In this document: positions 38,554 through 52,286 of the stretch, piece after piece
Layout: the number at the start of each line of letters is the position of its first letter
How positions within the stretch are numbered: position 1 is the first letter of the stretch
Assembly (NCBI GenBank): GCA_964304625.1
Contig: OZ199840.1
Span: 3,027,189-3,091,188 of the forward strand
Reading direction: 5' to 3'
Source of the DNA: Kudoa neothunni
Lineage: Eukaryota; Animalia; Cnidaria
Length of the DNA: 64,000 nt
Notes under the pieces: model-generated
Database searches by the model: none
Seen by the model: the letters and a program-made list of their open reading frames with translations, nothing else
Told to the model about the DNA's origin: nothing
Made by a program: the position numbers and the translations under genes

Positions 38554-38962
38554 TCATAGACTTATCGATGCTTGCTGGTATCCCCTTCTTAGTTCCTAAT
38601 GTAAAATTTCAAAATATATAGTATTATCTGTTAAACGATTGGAATACAGTATGCTCTTGTCTGAGTGCACATGGAATACAACAACAATGAACCATGCAAT
38701 CCTTACAGGAATTACCCTAGAAGGACATTTACAACGCGAATACTATACAAAATACCACAATGGACTGTTGGTATCTTATTTTTCTTCGTAACTTCTGACC
38801 AGTAAAGGGGGGACAAAACCAATAACAAATGCCCCAAATGAAGGGGTTTAGACCCAACTCCTTGGCGTTAAAACCAAATACGACCATTGGAGCAACTGAT
38901 GCCAAACAACACCAACCACAATCATTAGAACAATTACACAACCCAGAGCTCCAATCTTTCAT
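38554..38962 (-). CDS. PLAC8/cornifelin-family Cys-rich protein, copy 2 (3 coding exons)
   Basis: MKDWSSGLCNC...KIRYQQSIV|GNSCKDCMVHCCCIPCALRQEHT|ELRRGYQQASISL*; same intron positions as copy 1. Confidence 0.92.
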
Positions 38963-39941
38963 CCTATAGTGATTCCACTAATACACTTAAAGATTATAAT
39001 ATTACTTAAAATAATTTTAATAAACAATAAAATGTTAGAATTATCATTTAAATATAATGAATAATTTTATTGGAGGCGTTTAAATAAGAATAGGAACTGG
39101 CCTAAACAACGCAAATTATTAATCGTATTATTTATAATGATTTAAATTGTAAACATCAGTTAATCGTGAAACAAGGAGATTTCTATATCTCGTATATAAA
39201 AGTAATTTCCATCCAAAATAACAAATTATTTGTTTTAAATATTTTAGCCGTCGCGAAAAGTTTTGACAAATTTTTGTTAATAAAAATATTGTATCAGTTA
39301 ACTTGTGTGGGGATATTACTTTTTTATATTTTTGAGCGTGCAATTAAAAATAACTAATGTACGAATTCATGGGGTAAATATGTATCAAAAGTAAACCCCT
39401 TAATAAGTTAAAATGTTTTTCTTGTAAGCTCATGATAAACATTCTTATGTTGGTTGAAATTTTTCCAATCGATCAATAATTACATATTAGTATAATCAAG
39501 TGACATATATTATTATTTATTATTACTATTATAAACAATGAGGATCAGTTACACAAAGGAGAATTTCTACATTAAATAACTTTTACTGTATCGCAAAAAC
39601 ATTGATAAATAATAAATTTTAATCAGCTTAACCGAAGTGTAGGTAGAACGGTGTTTTTTCCAATTATGTTTAAAACATAATTTTGAATGTGTTGAATTAG
39701 CTCAAAACTATAATTTATAATGAACCGATAATTATATTTAACACGATTATAATTGAGATTGATTAAAAGAAAGAAAAATATTCACACAAAGAAATTACAC
39801 ATGATAAAATAATCTAAGTTACTAAGTTATAGTAATAGACGAAACAAATTGGCTGATTGATGGAAACATGCAGTTAATTATACATTATTTTAGTCAATTG
39901 TAAACATCAAAATTACACGAAAAACATGTAAATTATGAGTT

Positions 39942-40418
39942 TTACGAATCCCCAATAACAGACGACACATCCGACGATTTTTTCAATCTCAAGGACGCTA
40001 CAATGATTCTTGAAGCGGGTGACGATATATTTACCGACTCATTCAAGTCGAATGCATCAATATTGGAATCTTTGTTTGCTGATATTTTTCGCTTTCGTTT
40101 TTTGTTGGAAGAAGTGACGGTCGGGTTAGAATCGGAAATGTCACACCCAATTTCTTTTAGGATATTCCTCAATCTATCTACCGGTACAACCAAGTCTTGC
40201 ACAAGAGGCATACAATCCATAGAAAATTTGCTAATATAGAGAGCTATTAGAGTTAGATAGCAGAGACACTTGGTGAGGAGCAAATTGTTGACTGTACTAT
40301 AAAAACATTAATACACAAATATAAAAAATAAATTTCACATACCCTCCTTCCGAAGTGAATTCGCTAGTCAGGTGTTTTAGAACCTTTCTCGATATTTGTT
40401 CAGATAGGCTTTTCTGTA
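39942..40418 (-). CDS. RNA polymerase I subunit RPA49/PAF53-like, last two exons (5' part unresolved)
   Basis: QKSLSEQISRKVLKHLTSEFTSEG|GTVNNLLLTKCLCYLTLIALYISKFSMDCMPLVQDL...LKEIGC...IVASLRL resembles the A49 C-terminal winged-helix pattern (K.LCY...LAL.I..F). Confidence 0.6.
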
Positions 40419-40989
40419 CTATAAAATTAGATTAGAATAAATTTAGTTGAGCGCTATATTAATCTTCTAACAACTGAATAAATTACTTTAGGTGCAATGA
40501 GCTATTAGTATACATCACAGCCACATATTTATTTTATTAAAGTAGTTATAAGATTTATTTATTTCTATGTAACATTTCCACAATCCAAATACAAATATAG
40601 AATAATAACCACAAATCAACTTTGGGTTTAATGTGTCAAAGTCTTTCTGATCCCACTTAAAATTTGACGTTATATTATTTACAACATTTTTTGTGTAAGT
40701 AATTTCATAGAGTTATTTTTTAATTGAGAAGAATTTTTTTGATTTTAAAAATAAATTATTTTCCTTAAAAACTTGGAATTAAAATATTTCAACGTCAACT
40801 GGCAGTCGGCGAGCGAAATATATGAAGATCCCAGACCAATGTTCAAAAGATGCGGAGGTTTCAGATTAATTAGCATTCGGAAATTCACCAGCTAGATATT
40901 GCCAAAAAATCGACTCGGAAAAAAGAGCGGTAAATATTAAATAAATGTTTAATAATACACGCGTGAAATTACATTAGATCTTATTCTTA

Positions 40990-41660
40990 AGGAAGGAGAT
41001 ACAAAACAATAGATTGCGGATGCTATGAAATGTTATTTTAATACTAGTGATGTTGGTCTAAACATAAAACAGGTTATACTAAATTGAGCTTTGCTAAAAA
41101 GGACCGGTAGAGAGAGAAGATATATTTTAATCTCGAACAAAAGTAATTTATACTTGATTATGCCTGATTTTAATTGTAACATCCAAGACTTTGAAATCAT
41201 TTATGGATGCTTTTGAACAAAAATATCAATTAAATGTTTCAGGACTAACGATTAACAATGTTTTGGAAAGTTTCCCCTACTCCTAAAAAGATTTCACTCG
41301 TATTAGTCGCATAAAATTCATCCATGAATATAATTAAAACAAAAATATTATTTAATATTTAGTTTCGATCTAAAATTTCTTTATTGATGTTTTAAATTAT
41401 CTTAATTTAAACAAATTTATCCATATTGCGATTATCGATAAGTCGGGATTTCCGTTGTCCATGCGGAATACCTTAGGTAGATCATCAATTGGAAAGAGAT
41501 GAAATAAAGTGGTTAACTCTTTCAGATCAATGAATAAACTTTGATTGCGACCGTTGAGTACACCAAACTTTGGACCTTCAAATTATGCGAAAGATTTATA
41601 AATTCAGAAAGTTTTTCTCGTTATATTAATCAATTTATTGCGGAATTCAAAAAAATAATA
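40990..41660 (+). pseudogene. Tc1/IS630-like transposase remnant
   Basis: IIDKSGFPLSMRNTLGRSSIGKR near 41430-41500 parallels FIDESPFSLHLLRSHGRSLIG of the element at 2319-3577. Confidence 0.6.
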
Positions 41661-42949
41661 TTACAAATGAAAACATCGCCCCCTGGGTATAAATGTCAGA
41701 ATCAGACAATAAACGCCAACAATTAAAATATATAATGTTAAATCAGGAATCTTGTTGTCCCATTATCGAAAGAAATTATGACTTTAAATTCATCATTATA
41801 AAATTACCAAAAGAATTCGACGAAAAACTTTATCGCAAATAAATGGATGAAGGAAATTCGCAATCAGGAAGATTTTCAGAAGGAGATCAGAAAAGGGTCA
41901 CATAATTGTTTTAAAGGATAAAGACGGAAGATCTATTTCAATACGAATGCAATATAAACAAGAATTTGTGGATGGGAAAAGCGCCAATTAAAAATTGATG
42001 TCACTAAGCAAACAGCGTATAAATGTTAAAATGGCATTCAACACAATAGGACACGAATTTCTATAATATTCATTAGCTGGAAATTCAAGGAGAAATCATA
42101 AAAAGAAAAAACTCTCGACATACTCTACATCCTATAAATATAGCCTGGAATAACGACTCAACAGACTGTTACATTCTCCGATAATTAATATTGATTATGA
42201 TTAAGTAAGGTTTTCATTGTGGATGACGGGTTCGAAAATTGGAACAAGAGCGAATTATAATATTAAAACAATATTATTTTATTGTCATTATGTAGAGCCC
42301 TAGTCAATTATCTATTTAATCTTTATCTATTTAATAAACGGACAATTATTCAAATCGCATGAAATCATATTTGTAAAATTTCAAAAATAAGAAAAACCGA
42401 ATAATTACAAATTCCAACATATCAACTTTTAATAATGTCGAAATGAGATTTGAAAACTGTAATGCAAAATCTGTAAAATTCATTTAAATTTTAGGCTCAG
42501 AAAATTTGGAGTAATATGGAAAATAATATTGGATAGCAGGAATTGTGATTATAAATAATGAATGCAGATTGGATTTTGAAAAAAATAATTTTTGAACAAT
42601 AAACATTTTTATCCTATCTGAAGCTTTTAGTTTTGGTTAGGATAACGGTAATTTGCCAAATCGGCTGTAATCCTTCTCAGATTTTTCAAAATGAAATTTT
42701 TTATTGTTCACTATCAATAAAGACACACAAAATGTATTCTTATAATTAATAAATTATGTACTAAAAATTGGACAAGACCAATCGACATTTCTCTGGATTT
42801 AAATATAATTCATTATAATCTCATAAATATATGTTGAAAATTTAAGAAATATTCAATGTATATTTTTGAGTAAGACTGGATTTTACAAACGTATTAAGAA
42901 TGAATTAGAGTTGTTAGAGGGGTATAAAATAAAAACGCGAACGCAACCG

Positions 42950-43750
42950 ATTGTGGCGTTCAATAGGATGACTTACCATAAGAGATATGTTGTTTCTTTT
43001 TGATGGCACCATAAAACTCAAACAAATAATACCAATAAATGAGCAATATGAAAAAGTTGGAATCATCAAGACTTTCCAAATTAGGGACCACGCGTACAGT
43101 TTGATATATAAAAACTGGAAGGCTAGAGGATATAAAAATAAAAAAACTGATTCGAAGGGTTCAACCTTGAAGGATCATCTCGAAGAGATTCTACTAACCA
43201 CTGTTTGAATTCGTCGATGGTACCCACGAGATGTTTTCTTACTTTTCTGGGTAAAACTATCAGAGTTAATCATTTATTTAAATGGATAACAAAGTCGAAA
43301 ATTGTTATAGTTTAAAATCTAAACCTACATGTATTAATATCGTAGATTTCTGTCACATCTTTTGCATCGGGATTACGAGGAGGCAAAATGACACAGTCCG
43401 ATTTGTTTTCTATACGTCATGTAATAGAAAATTCTCAACAGACACTTATGGTTACTATTTTGGTCGTCAATAAATTGATTTATTGAATCTTGATAATTGG
43501 ATATTAATTGTGGTAAAGCGTCTTTCATCGTGTTGGAAGAAGCGGTTGAAATGTCGGTTTGTTTTTTGCGTATATTTGAAGACTTTTTCAGCTGAGTCGA
43601 TCCGAAAATTTCAACAGCGGATGCAGACTCATTTTCCTAGATTTGATATCGGTCAAATCAATTGCTAAAATCCTTAGCTGGCATACTTTGGTAATATTAC
43701 AGGATTTTTCCAATGTAGAATAAACTAAATTATAATTTCGATCAGAAAAT
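42950..43750 (+). pseudogene. Ginger/rve-type integrase remnant
   Basis: Degenerate RDH..Y, INIVDF and DTYGYYF segments occur in the order expected for zinc-finger plus DDE integrases; heavily decayed. Confidence 0.4.
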
Positions 43751-46700
43751 AAAATAATTCAAAAATTAATATTTTAAGCTGAAGCTAATTCAATATAATT
43801 ATACATTAAATTTAAAAAAAAATTAAGGGATAGTTAAATTTATTGAAATAATGATAATAACAAATAGAGAGAAAAGAAAAGACCAATTAAATATATAATT
43901 CAATTATAACAATCAATTAAAATTTTAATCCGACCAAGGAAAGACTGATACACTGAGAATGAATGTCTAAGCCAACATATGTAAATCTCAGAAACGGATA
44001 TTGTGTTTAAATGCGCTTGATTCGGCCTACCATAAAATCATGTCACTTAACTTAATTAGGGATTAAAATGGCGATGACTGATACAACATAGGATTAAGTG
44101 GAAATTAAATATTTTCATTAGTATTATTCTCAAACAACAAAATTTAACGTTTACACAAATTATCAAATAGTTTAACACATTTTTTAAGTTAACTCAACAT
44201 TATAATTTTCAGCTTTATTTTTTAAAAGACTAATATTTTTGATTTTACCGCGTACTTCCACATTTCATTTATGAACAAAAATGATTTACAAACTCATTAT
44301 TTATTATAAAACACTTTATTCTACTCAATGAATCAAATGTCACTAGTTGGTTTAAGAACAATATCTTCATCTAAATTATTAGACATAAATAAAAATTTCT
44401 ATTCTCCATATTAAATTTGAAAATAATGAATATTTGATTATTCAATGGCTAACAATTTTCAATAATTATTTAGACAATATTTAGTTGAATTTTTTCACAA
44501 ATAAAAATCAGACTTGCGCACAGCCTCATACTTGTTAGTTGTATTAGTGACTTGTTTGGGCAAATACTGAAAATTGCGTTGCTCATAATAGTTTAAAAGA
44601 ATAATGACCGCGCAACTCTAATATAAATATTAAACTTCTTTGATCATTTCTCACAGAATAATAAAATATTTGTGCCACTGAAGAGAATATACGATTTAAG
44701 ACGAACATATAGATGTCTATTGCGATTAACAGAAATTATCTGCGAAAAGTAGATAAATAATGACTGTGTCAATGTCAATTAGCCCTAACAAATTCAATCC
44801 TTTGAAGATATTATTTCTATCCTAGGAATGATGTGGAAGCTATTAACCTTAGTAAATTATAATTATTAAATAAGTAGGTAATAACGATAGAAGTTGTAGG
44901 AAATAATGAAAATGAAATTGGCTTAAGTGTGCACGCCGTTTAAAATTAAATTTGTAAGGATTAATAGCAGCGGCTTAAATACAATCGATCTTCACATTCA
45001 CGGATTAGGGCGCTAAAGAAATAATTTCCCCCTGTTTAACGGACAATTGAAACACCTTTAATTTCCTAAATACCTAATTAAACAATCGGACGTGGTCATC
45101 AATCAATTTCAAAGTATACAATACATAATATCAATTCATTCTCATAATTAATCCAACGAAGTGTTTGCCACTTTGAAAACAATTCGGTCAATTATAACCT
45201 TCAAATACCTAATTCGCGCGTGGATTGAATTAAGGTTCTGATAAAGCGTCCGCAAATATTGACGAAGATTAACAATCAATTATCTCGATTCAAATTAAAA
45301 ATTTTATTGTAAAACTTCAATTTATAACTTCTAGACAAAAATATAATATTGTAAGTGCGTGAAATAAAAATATTTTTATATGCAAATGGCTAACGACACG
45401 GACCATAAAATCCAAGTGGGTATAGTATTGACTATATATTTATTATTCGTTGCACATCACTGCCGCTCTTGGAGCCAAAAATAATTAAATACAGCAGATT
45501 CCAAAAAATAAACTTATAGATAAACAACAAATAGGAGTTAACGGGACTAAAGATGGACACCGCGCAATCATAATTGCCATTTGGATTAAAAACTTCCATG
45601 TCAATACAATAGTCAGTGTCTTTTATATCAAATCATTTAAAGCAACCCATAAAAATAATCTGAATAATGTTAAACAAAATTGCATGATTCTCCCTATAAT
45701 AAAGGTTTTTAGGTCGCAGTTGCATAAAAACCCTCGGAATTTCTATAATAACCTTTGAATAATAATCAATCAAAATAAGCAGATTCTAACCTAGCATGTC
45801 TAGTTGTGTGGACGCGTCTAATGCAATCATAAACTAATTTTCTTGCACAGAAGATAATATGTCTTTATTAATTGTTTTATTAATTAGTAGATACAACGAA
45901 AAAGGCGATTATAGAATCAAAATGTTAAAACAAAGTCAACAGGTGACTTAAGAAGGACAATAACAAATTGTTTAACTTTATAAAGAGGTTGCCAAGCAAT
46001 AATCGACAAATTTAATTATCACTAGTCCTTGACTCCTTTTATTAACTAATAAAATTTATTTCAAAATGTAAATAGCTAATATTGGCGTAGCCCCGTGAAA
46101 AACAAAACCTATGTCACACTAATTAACTCATGACAAAACAAGCATAAAATAAGTAACTAGAACGACATTATTGTTGCACATTAAATTCACTCCAATATAA
46201 CAAATCACATCAACAACTCAATTCTAACACACCATGTGTGAAAATGAGATGGAATAAATTATACAAACAAAAATAATCAATCAATAGCACCATGATTGAA
46301 CCAGATAAGATTTAAGCGGTAAATATATAACCACGTAATTTGTAATTTGACAGGCGCTTAAGCAAATGCAACATCTTTTGAAATGACTAATCTTCAGAAC
46401 CGAAAATGATATAACATTACAATAGAGGATTAAAGGTATCATAATCCATTCACAATATACCATACCGGTCAACAGTAAGTAATCAGTCACATCAACCTTA
46501 TCAATTACGATTCAAATTATCAGAAAATTAAAATAAGTAAATATGCCTCAAAAATCATTTAAAAATTTTGTACTACAAACAATTTCATTTTAAAATTAAT
46601 GCCACCATAATTGGGCTTAAATCGAACAAAAACATAATTACTGTCCGGAATAAGTGTATAGGTATCGGCGAGTTGTGGCACGTATCTTGATTGTTTTTTG

Positions 46701-47263
46701 TTCCATACAAAAACAACGCTCCTACAAAGGATTAATGTGTTATTATTGTTCGCAGCTGAAGGTGATGGCTAAAACAACTAACTGTGAAGAACAGGTGGCA
46801 TCGAATCTCTTTCCACAGAATGTAATATCGTCAACTTTCACACTCTAAAATTGACAAAAATAATATTAAATTAGACAATAAATTAACCAATTATATTGCG
46901 ATTAATTATAACAAAATAATTACAATGCTGTCGGTGTTGGTATTGTTGAGAGAGTGTTCGCCTAACGACGATCGATCGTCAAGTTGAATTCTTTTAATTC
47001 CATCTTTTGTGACAGTCCCATTAGTGAATTTAACTAATTAAAAATTTTAGTTGGTGTAACCAATAAAAATATTTTCGCAGCAATAAACCGCTAATTTAAA
47101 CAGTTCGTTAAATATCGCCAGTTTTAAACAAAGCACTCATAAGTGTCAATTGGTTTCCCCGCAAATCATAATTGGACAATAAACTCAATTCTACTATAAA
47201 AGTAAATTAGAAATGAAAACTCACCAATTATGGGCTTATGATGAGACGACATTGTTAATGTAT

Positions 47264-47277
47264 CACTGCACGTGCGC
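47264..47277. promoter_or_regulatory. GC-rich NRF1-like motif upstream of the hnRNP K-like gene
   Basis: cactgcacgtgcgc in an AT-rich background, ~65 bp before the first splice donor; near-identical motif at 51343-51357. Confidence 0.35.
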
Positions 47278-47511
47278 GTAACAGATTCGTGCGCAGTCGC
47301 ATAGTTTTGTCTCGTTGCCTTGCTCTAACCTGCTCAACTAAGGTATGTGTTTTATTTGAAACTCAGCGCTCTAGATTTTTATTGAAAACTGTCTCTCACA
47401 AATAACCATTGACTTTTGTGATGTTCTCCCCCCATTTAATTCCACCTTAGGAGTCAGTCATCTCGACGCGGAATCATCAACGACTACAACTCATTCACAC
47501 TAAATTACAAT

Positions 47512-49158
47512 ATGGCTAACTCAAAATCTGTTAAAATTGAACCTAAAGAGGAACCCATCCCATCAACAAATGATGATACTACCACTGCTGATGCCAAGGA
47601 TCTGATTTCCTCGACACTACCAACCACCCCACAAAACTCGACTACTATAAATAATTCCAACAAACGACCACGCCGATTCAGAATGTGTCTTCTGTTTCAA
47701 CAGTCTGAAGTTGGGCCGATTATTGGAAAGGTATCTCAATGGTGTTTTTAGCGACTAACCACTAACTGCCACATAATCTAGTCTGGTGCTAATATCAAAG
47801 CTATTAAGCAGAATGTAATAATTGCTTTTTATTATGATGATGATAATAACGTTGTTGCTGTTGTTGTAGTGTGGTTGTGATTTAAACTTTCACGATCTCT
47901 ACCAACGTAACAGGTATTGTGTTTGTTAATCGATCACAGATGGACCCATAACATCTTTTCTCCCAAGAACACTGATGATACACGGAGAGAAACCAAACAT
48001 TCCTATTGCTATTGAACACATTGCATGTGCTCTCAGGGTAATCACTTTACCATTTACAATTATGCGATCAAAAATCTACTACAACAAATTTTTTAGGAGG
48101 ACGACCAAAATAGGGTTTCCTCCCAAGAGAACAACGGTGAGACCAATGGTGAAAAAAATTCGCGCGTTTCTATCTTCTGGATACTTCAACGTGATCATGC
48201 TATCAGTCTTATTGGTAAAGAAGGCGCCAACTCAAAGCGGGTACGCGATGATACGCAAGCCACCGTTTCTGTAATTACCACTCATTCAATTATTAATTGT
48301 CTCGTTGGCGATTAGCTTATATTCTGATCCTGATTCTGATTTTGATTGATGTAGGTTTTGTTCGGTGATGATCAGTCCTCCCCCGAACTTCTTGTCAGAA
48401 TTACTGGAACTCCCAAAGAGATCGCCAATGCAGTTCAATTGTGCATTGACGAATTCATTAAAGTAACAATTTTTTCCAACTCTATGACATTACATATTGC
48501 ATATCAATCATATCATATCACGTCGTATCTAATAATGTATCGTGGAAATATTTAGGATCAGGGTAGATATAGCAGAGCTCCATTAAGACCGACAACTGGG
48601 TTCGACGGCTTCCGTAGACGATTGTTAAGTCAGGGAGGGCGTGGTTTCCGATACACTTCTTCCAAATACCGTATGCAATAAGCAACATTTTTTAATGAAT
48701 TCTCCCACTTTTATGTTAAATCCTAAAATTATCGTGTTTTAGGGTGGTCCTGACCAATTCAAAATCGAATCCACCCAAACCATCCAACTTCCTAGAGATG
48801 TATTTCATGGATGACTTTGTTTGATATGTACTGGTTTTAGCTTGCTGGTGCTGTGATTGGCAAAGGTGGTGGTAACATTACTCGAATCAGAAACATATCT
48901 GGCGCCAGTATCAAAATAAATACTCCAGAGAAAGAAGATGATCTCGCCACTGTCGTTGTTGTTGGAAGACCTAGTTCGGTTGCTGTTGCCTTCGAACTGA
49001 TCGAGGAATGCATCCAAATTTTCCTTGCGCACGGTGTTCGTCTTAAGGCTGCGGCTGCCACCACTAATGGGGCCGACGCTAACGCCCAACTCTCTGTCAA
49101 GTCTGTAAATGCGGGTGGCCACAACAACTCCAGGTCGAGACGTCGACACAAAGAGTAA
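47512..49158 (+). CDS. HNRNPK: hnRNP K-like triple-KH RNA-binding protein (multi-exon; 5'UTR intron ~47343-47450)
   Basis: Three KH GxxG motifs: IIGK|SGANIK, LIGKEGANSK and TQTIQLPRD|LAGAVIGKGGGNITRIRNISGASIKI. An R/G-rich linker lies between KH2 and KH3. A PCBP-type identity is not excluded. Confidence 0.8.
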
Positions 49159-50154
49159 TTCCATGTGGAGATAATTTTTTCATGAGGTTTCTAGTAAATC
49201 TCAAGCCAGCTCCCAAGGTCCGGTCACAACTGATCCAGAATCCAAGGAAAACAGCGCTGTTGTCTCCAAATAATAAAACATTTCTTGTTGGTAATGGCTT
49301 CATCCTACTAATAATCATCCTATTATTGGTAACATATTTTCCACAACTTTATTGTCTATTATTCTCTACTACTTATTCTGTTACACCTTTTCGATACATA
49401 TGCTACTACGACTACTACTTTGTGCAACCCTTTCTCGTTATTCACTGCTACAATCGTTAAATTCATTTACATTGTTACCAGTTTCAATTATCAACTTGTT
49501 GTGGTTTTATAAATTTTTGTCTATTTTCATGGCAACGCCTCAAAATTGTGTACAGTAAGAAACCAATTCCACGTAATCCCATCGGGACCAAGAAAAAGTG
49601 CCCCAAATCGGTCACGTCCAATTTCACGAACTTGCGTGCGAAATTGTTTCAGAAAAAATTGACATTTAATTATGATTAAGTTGAGTTTAAAAACGCCTGC
49701 TAATTATATCCAATTTTTAAAAAATAATTAAAACCAAAGAAATGTATTTACCCTTAATCCAGTGTTTTCCAACTTGGGGGCGTAGGAAATTTTTGGTGGG
49801 TGGGGTAAGGAATCTTTGAGTGTTTAATGAACGACTCTTGTCTTGTAGGTCGTGGAAAATCCTGAACATTGATGTAACATGGATAATGGTGAGATAAATG
49901 GACAGGTGGCGCACATTAAAATAAATATTTCGATTTTTGATCTTGTTTATTTTTAAGCGAATGTGAATATCCTGAAGCAATACAAGAGTACTGATTAATT
50001 TATGTAAAAATATAAAAACGTTTAACATGGTTTTTGCTCGGTAGAATCGGAATGGTTATAATTCCGATGTTGTCACATATATAACCATGATCCCCTCTTT
50101 TTTGTCTTATCCAATAACAATATTGATTAATTTTCAATATTAATTATTTCATTT

Positions 50155-50365
50155 AGGTGTCAATAGTTTTGATTATTATTAATTACTTCTGATCCAAAGA
50201 TTGAAGGAATGGGCCAGGAATAATTTAAGTTAGGGTAATCTAAATAATTAAATCTGCGGACAGCTTGTGAGTAAGAGTAGATGGGATTAAAATGGGGATG
50301 CGCTTGCGTAGATGCCGTTTTGGATTAGGATTTACCGTGAAAATAGTCCCTGCCTTTATATAAAG
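50155..50365. repeat. Dispersed repeat copy 1 (probable LINE 3' end on the minus strand)
   Basis: Colinear similarity to 56183-56395 (tagttttga, aattaaatctg, gtgagtaagagt, ttttggatta..atttacc.tga.aatag). Confidence 0.65.
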
Positions 50366-52286
50366 TTTGTAGAATGATGTTCCAATCTTCAATGATAATA
50401 ATAATAAATAATACAGTCAAAGCTCGATTGTCCGGAAGAAAACTTGAATTTTAATTGGATTCTATTGAAAATACAATTCTATAAATCAATGATTCTCAAT
50501 CTCAATCTGGGGTCATGGCAGATTTTGTGTCGGTCATGAAAAATTTTTTCGCTAATTTGGATGGCGCAGGAAAACGTGGAACCATACCGTGTAGGGTACC
50601 CTCTGAACAGAAAATGTTATTTTAACTTTTGTACTCGATGTATATTGATTTGAATATAACTATTATATTTAATTAAGTTACATATTGTTGTTTTATGAGT
50701 AACATAGCACACTTCAAGATGGAAAGCGGTAAAAACTTAACTCATCATGCAACCTAAAATGGTCAACACATGTTATGATCGGGCAATATTCACTCTTTCG
50801 TTCGTTTGTTTTTGGTGCTCGCAAAAAGTTCTTTAACTTGAAAATCTGATACAGATGAGAGTTATCTTTTTCCATTAAATTTTAGACATGTAACTATTCA
50901 TGTATTTCTTGCGCTCGTTTAATTTCATGACACAGCGATTTGACTTTATAATTTTTTCTATTTTTACGTATTTAATACTTAAATAAGATTATTCACAAAA
51001 TATCTAAGCGGGCGGCTATTTATAAAAAATACAGTTTATATTTAATTTAGCTATTAAAATTTGAAGGTATTTTCGAGCAATTCAATTTATTCGCCAATTT
51101 AATGAATCAAATCTAGACATTAAAAACATTATTCGTCCGGAATTTTCATTCAGAAAAAATTTTATTTAATAATATTATTAATTCATATGAAATTTAAGAT
51201 TTTTTATACAAAATAATGCTTGTAGACATTTCATGAAAATATAATCTGCACATCCCAACTATATTTTTTTACTGTCCTCATATGCCAATTATTATTTGTA
51301 ATTAGGGATCGTAGTTTTCGACGTTTATTTAGGGTGATTCTGCACTGCGCGTGCGCATTGTTACAGCACTTTAAATTAAAAAAAATCGGAACAGGCACAG
51401 TACAAATAGCTTTTATATCAAGTAGCGATAGCAGAAGAACGTCGACAACAATATCAGAAACTAAAATTTTCACATTTTTGTCATTCTTTCTCCCTAAAAA
51501 AATAACCAGCGGAGAAGTGTCTTGAAACGCTTTTTTTACCCCTTCACGTCTGAATTTTTTTGTATCAAGGAAAAATATATATAAATTTAAATAAGTGCTT
51601 TTAATTTAAAACCGATAATTATATTCTTAAAATATCTTTTAGCATTTCATAAAAGTGGGCATTAAATGTTGTCCCGTATACCGGACATCCGGTATTAATG
51701 AACCGGAATTTGTGCGCAAGATAGAAATCGAAAGGAATTGCATAAAGAACAAAAAATAGTTTATAAAATGTGTAACACAAGTTCCGAATCGAGGTTCTTT
51801 GCATTAAAAGGCGCTGGTGCTATACCACACAGCTCTCGATCACGCATCTATGGTTGGTAGATTACAACCCTTATAATCCACATGTTACAATAACTTTACT
51901 AATTTGGGGGTGATTTAATGTTACAAACTTCAGTATAGTGCTCAATTAATTACTTCTCTGTTGCGCGTGCGTTATTATCAAAAGATAAAAATATTTTAAT
52001 AAGTATCGTTCAACATTTAAACATTAACCAGGTGATTAAATTAATGTATGTAAAACAGATGGATACAACACAACAATATAGTAATTCTGTTGATTATTAA
52101 AAACCAGCTGCTAAAATCTCCTATGCAACCAACTTAATTGATGGATTAATTAATAAATATTTAACTTTTTTTGTATTTTATAATACGTTCATGTGTGTAA
52201 TAAAAATATGAAGCATCCCAAAAAACACCTCAAATCCGATACCACTTAATCACGTGTATTTTGTTTTGATCGAGCGAGTGGCGATA

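Noticed and set aside
45400-45920. LINE reverse transcriptase remnant
   Set aside because: IALDAS looked like an RT motif, but QG..LSP and YADD are not recoverable on full translation.
51231-51570. Small spliced minus-strand gene
   Set aside because: One plausible intron but no recognisable product or clear start codon.
51665-51725. Hairpin-rich segment as a possible ncRNA
   Set aside because: The CCGG-containing repeats resemble pogo/Tigger terminal repeats; no snRNA, snoRNA or tRNA features.
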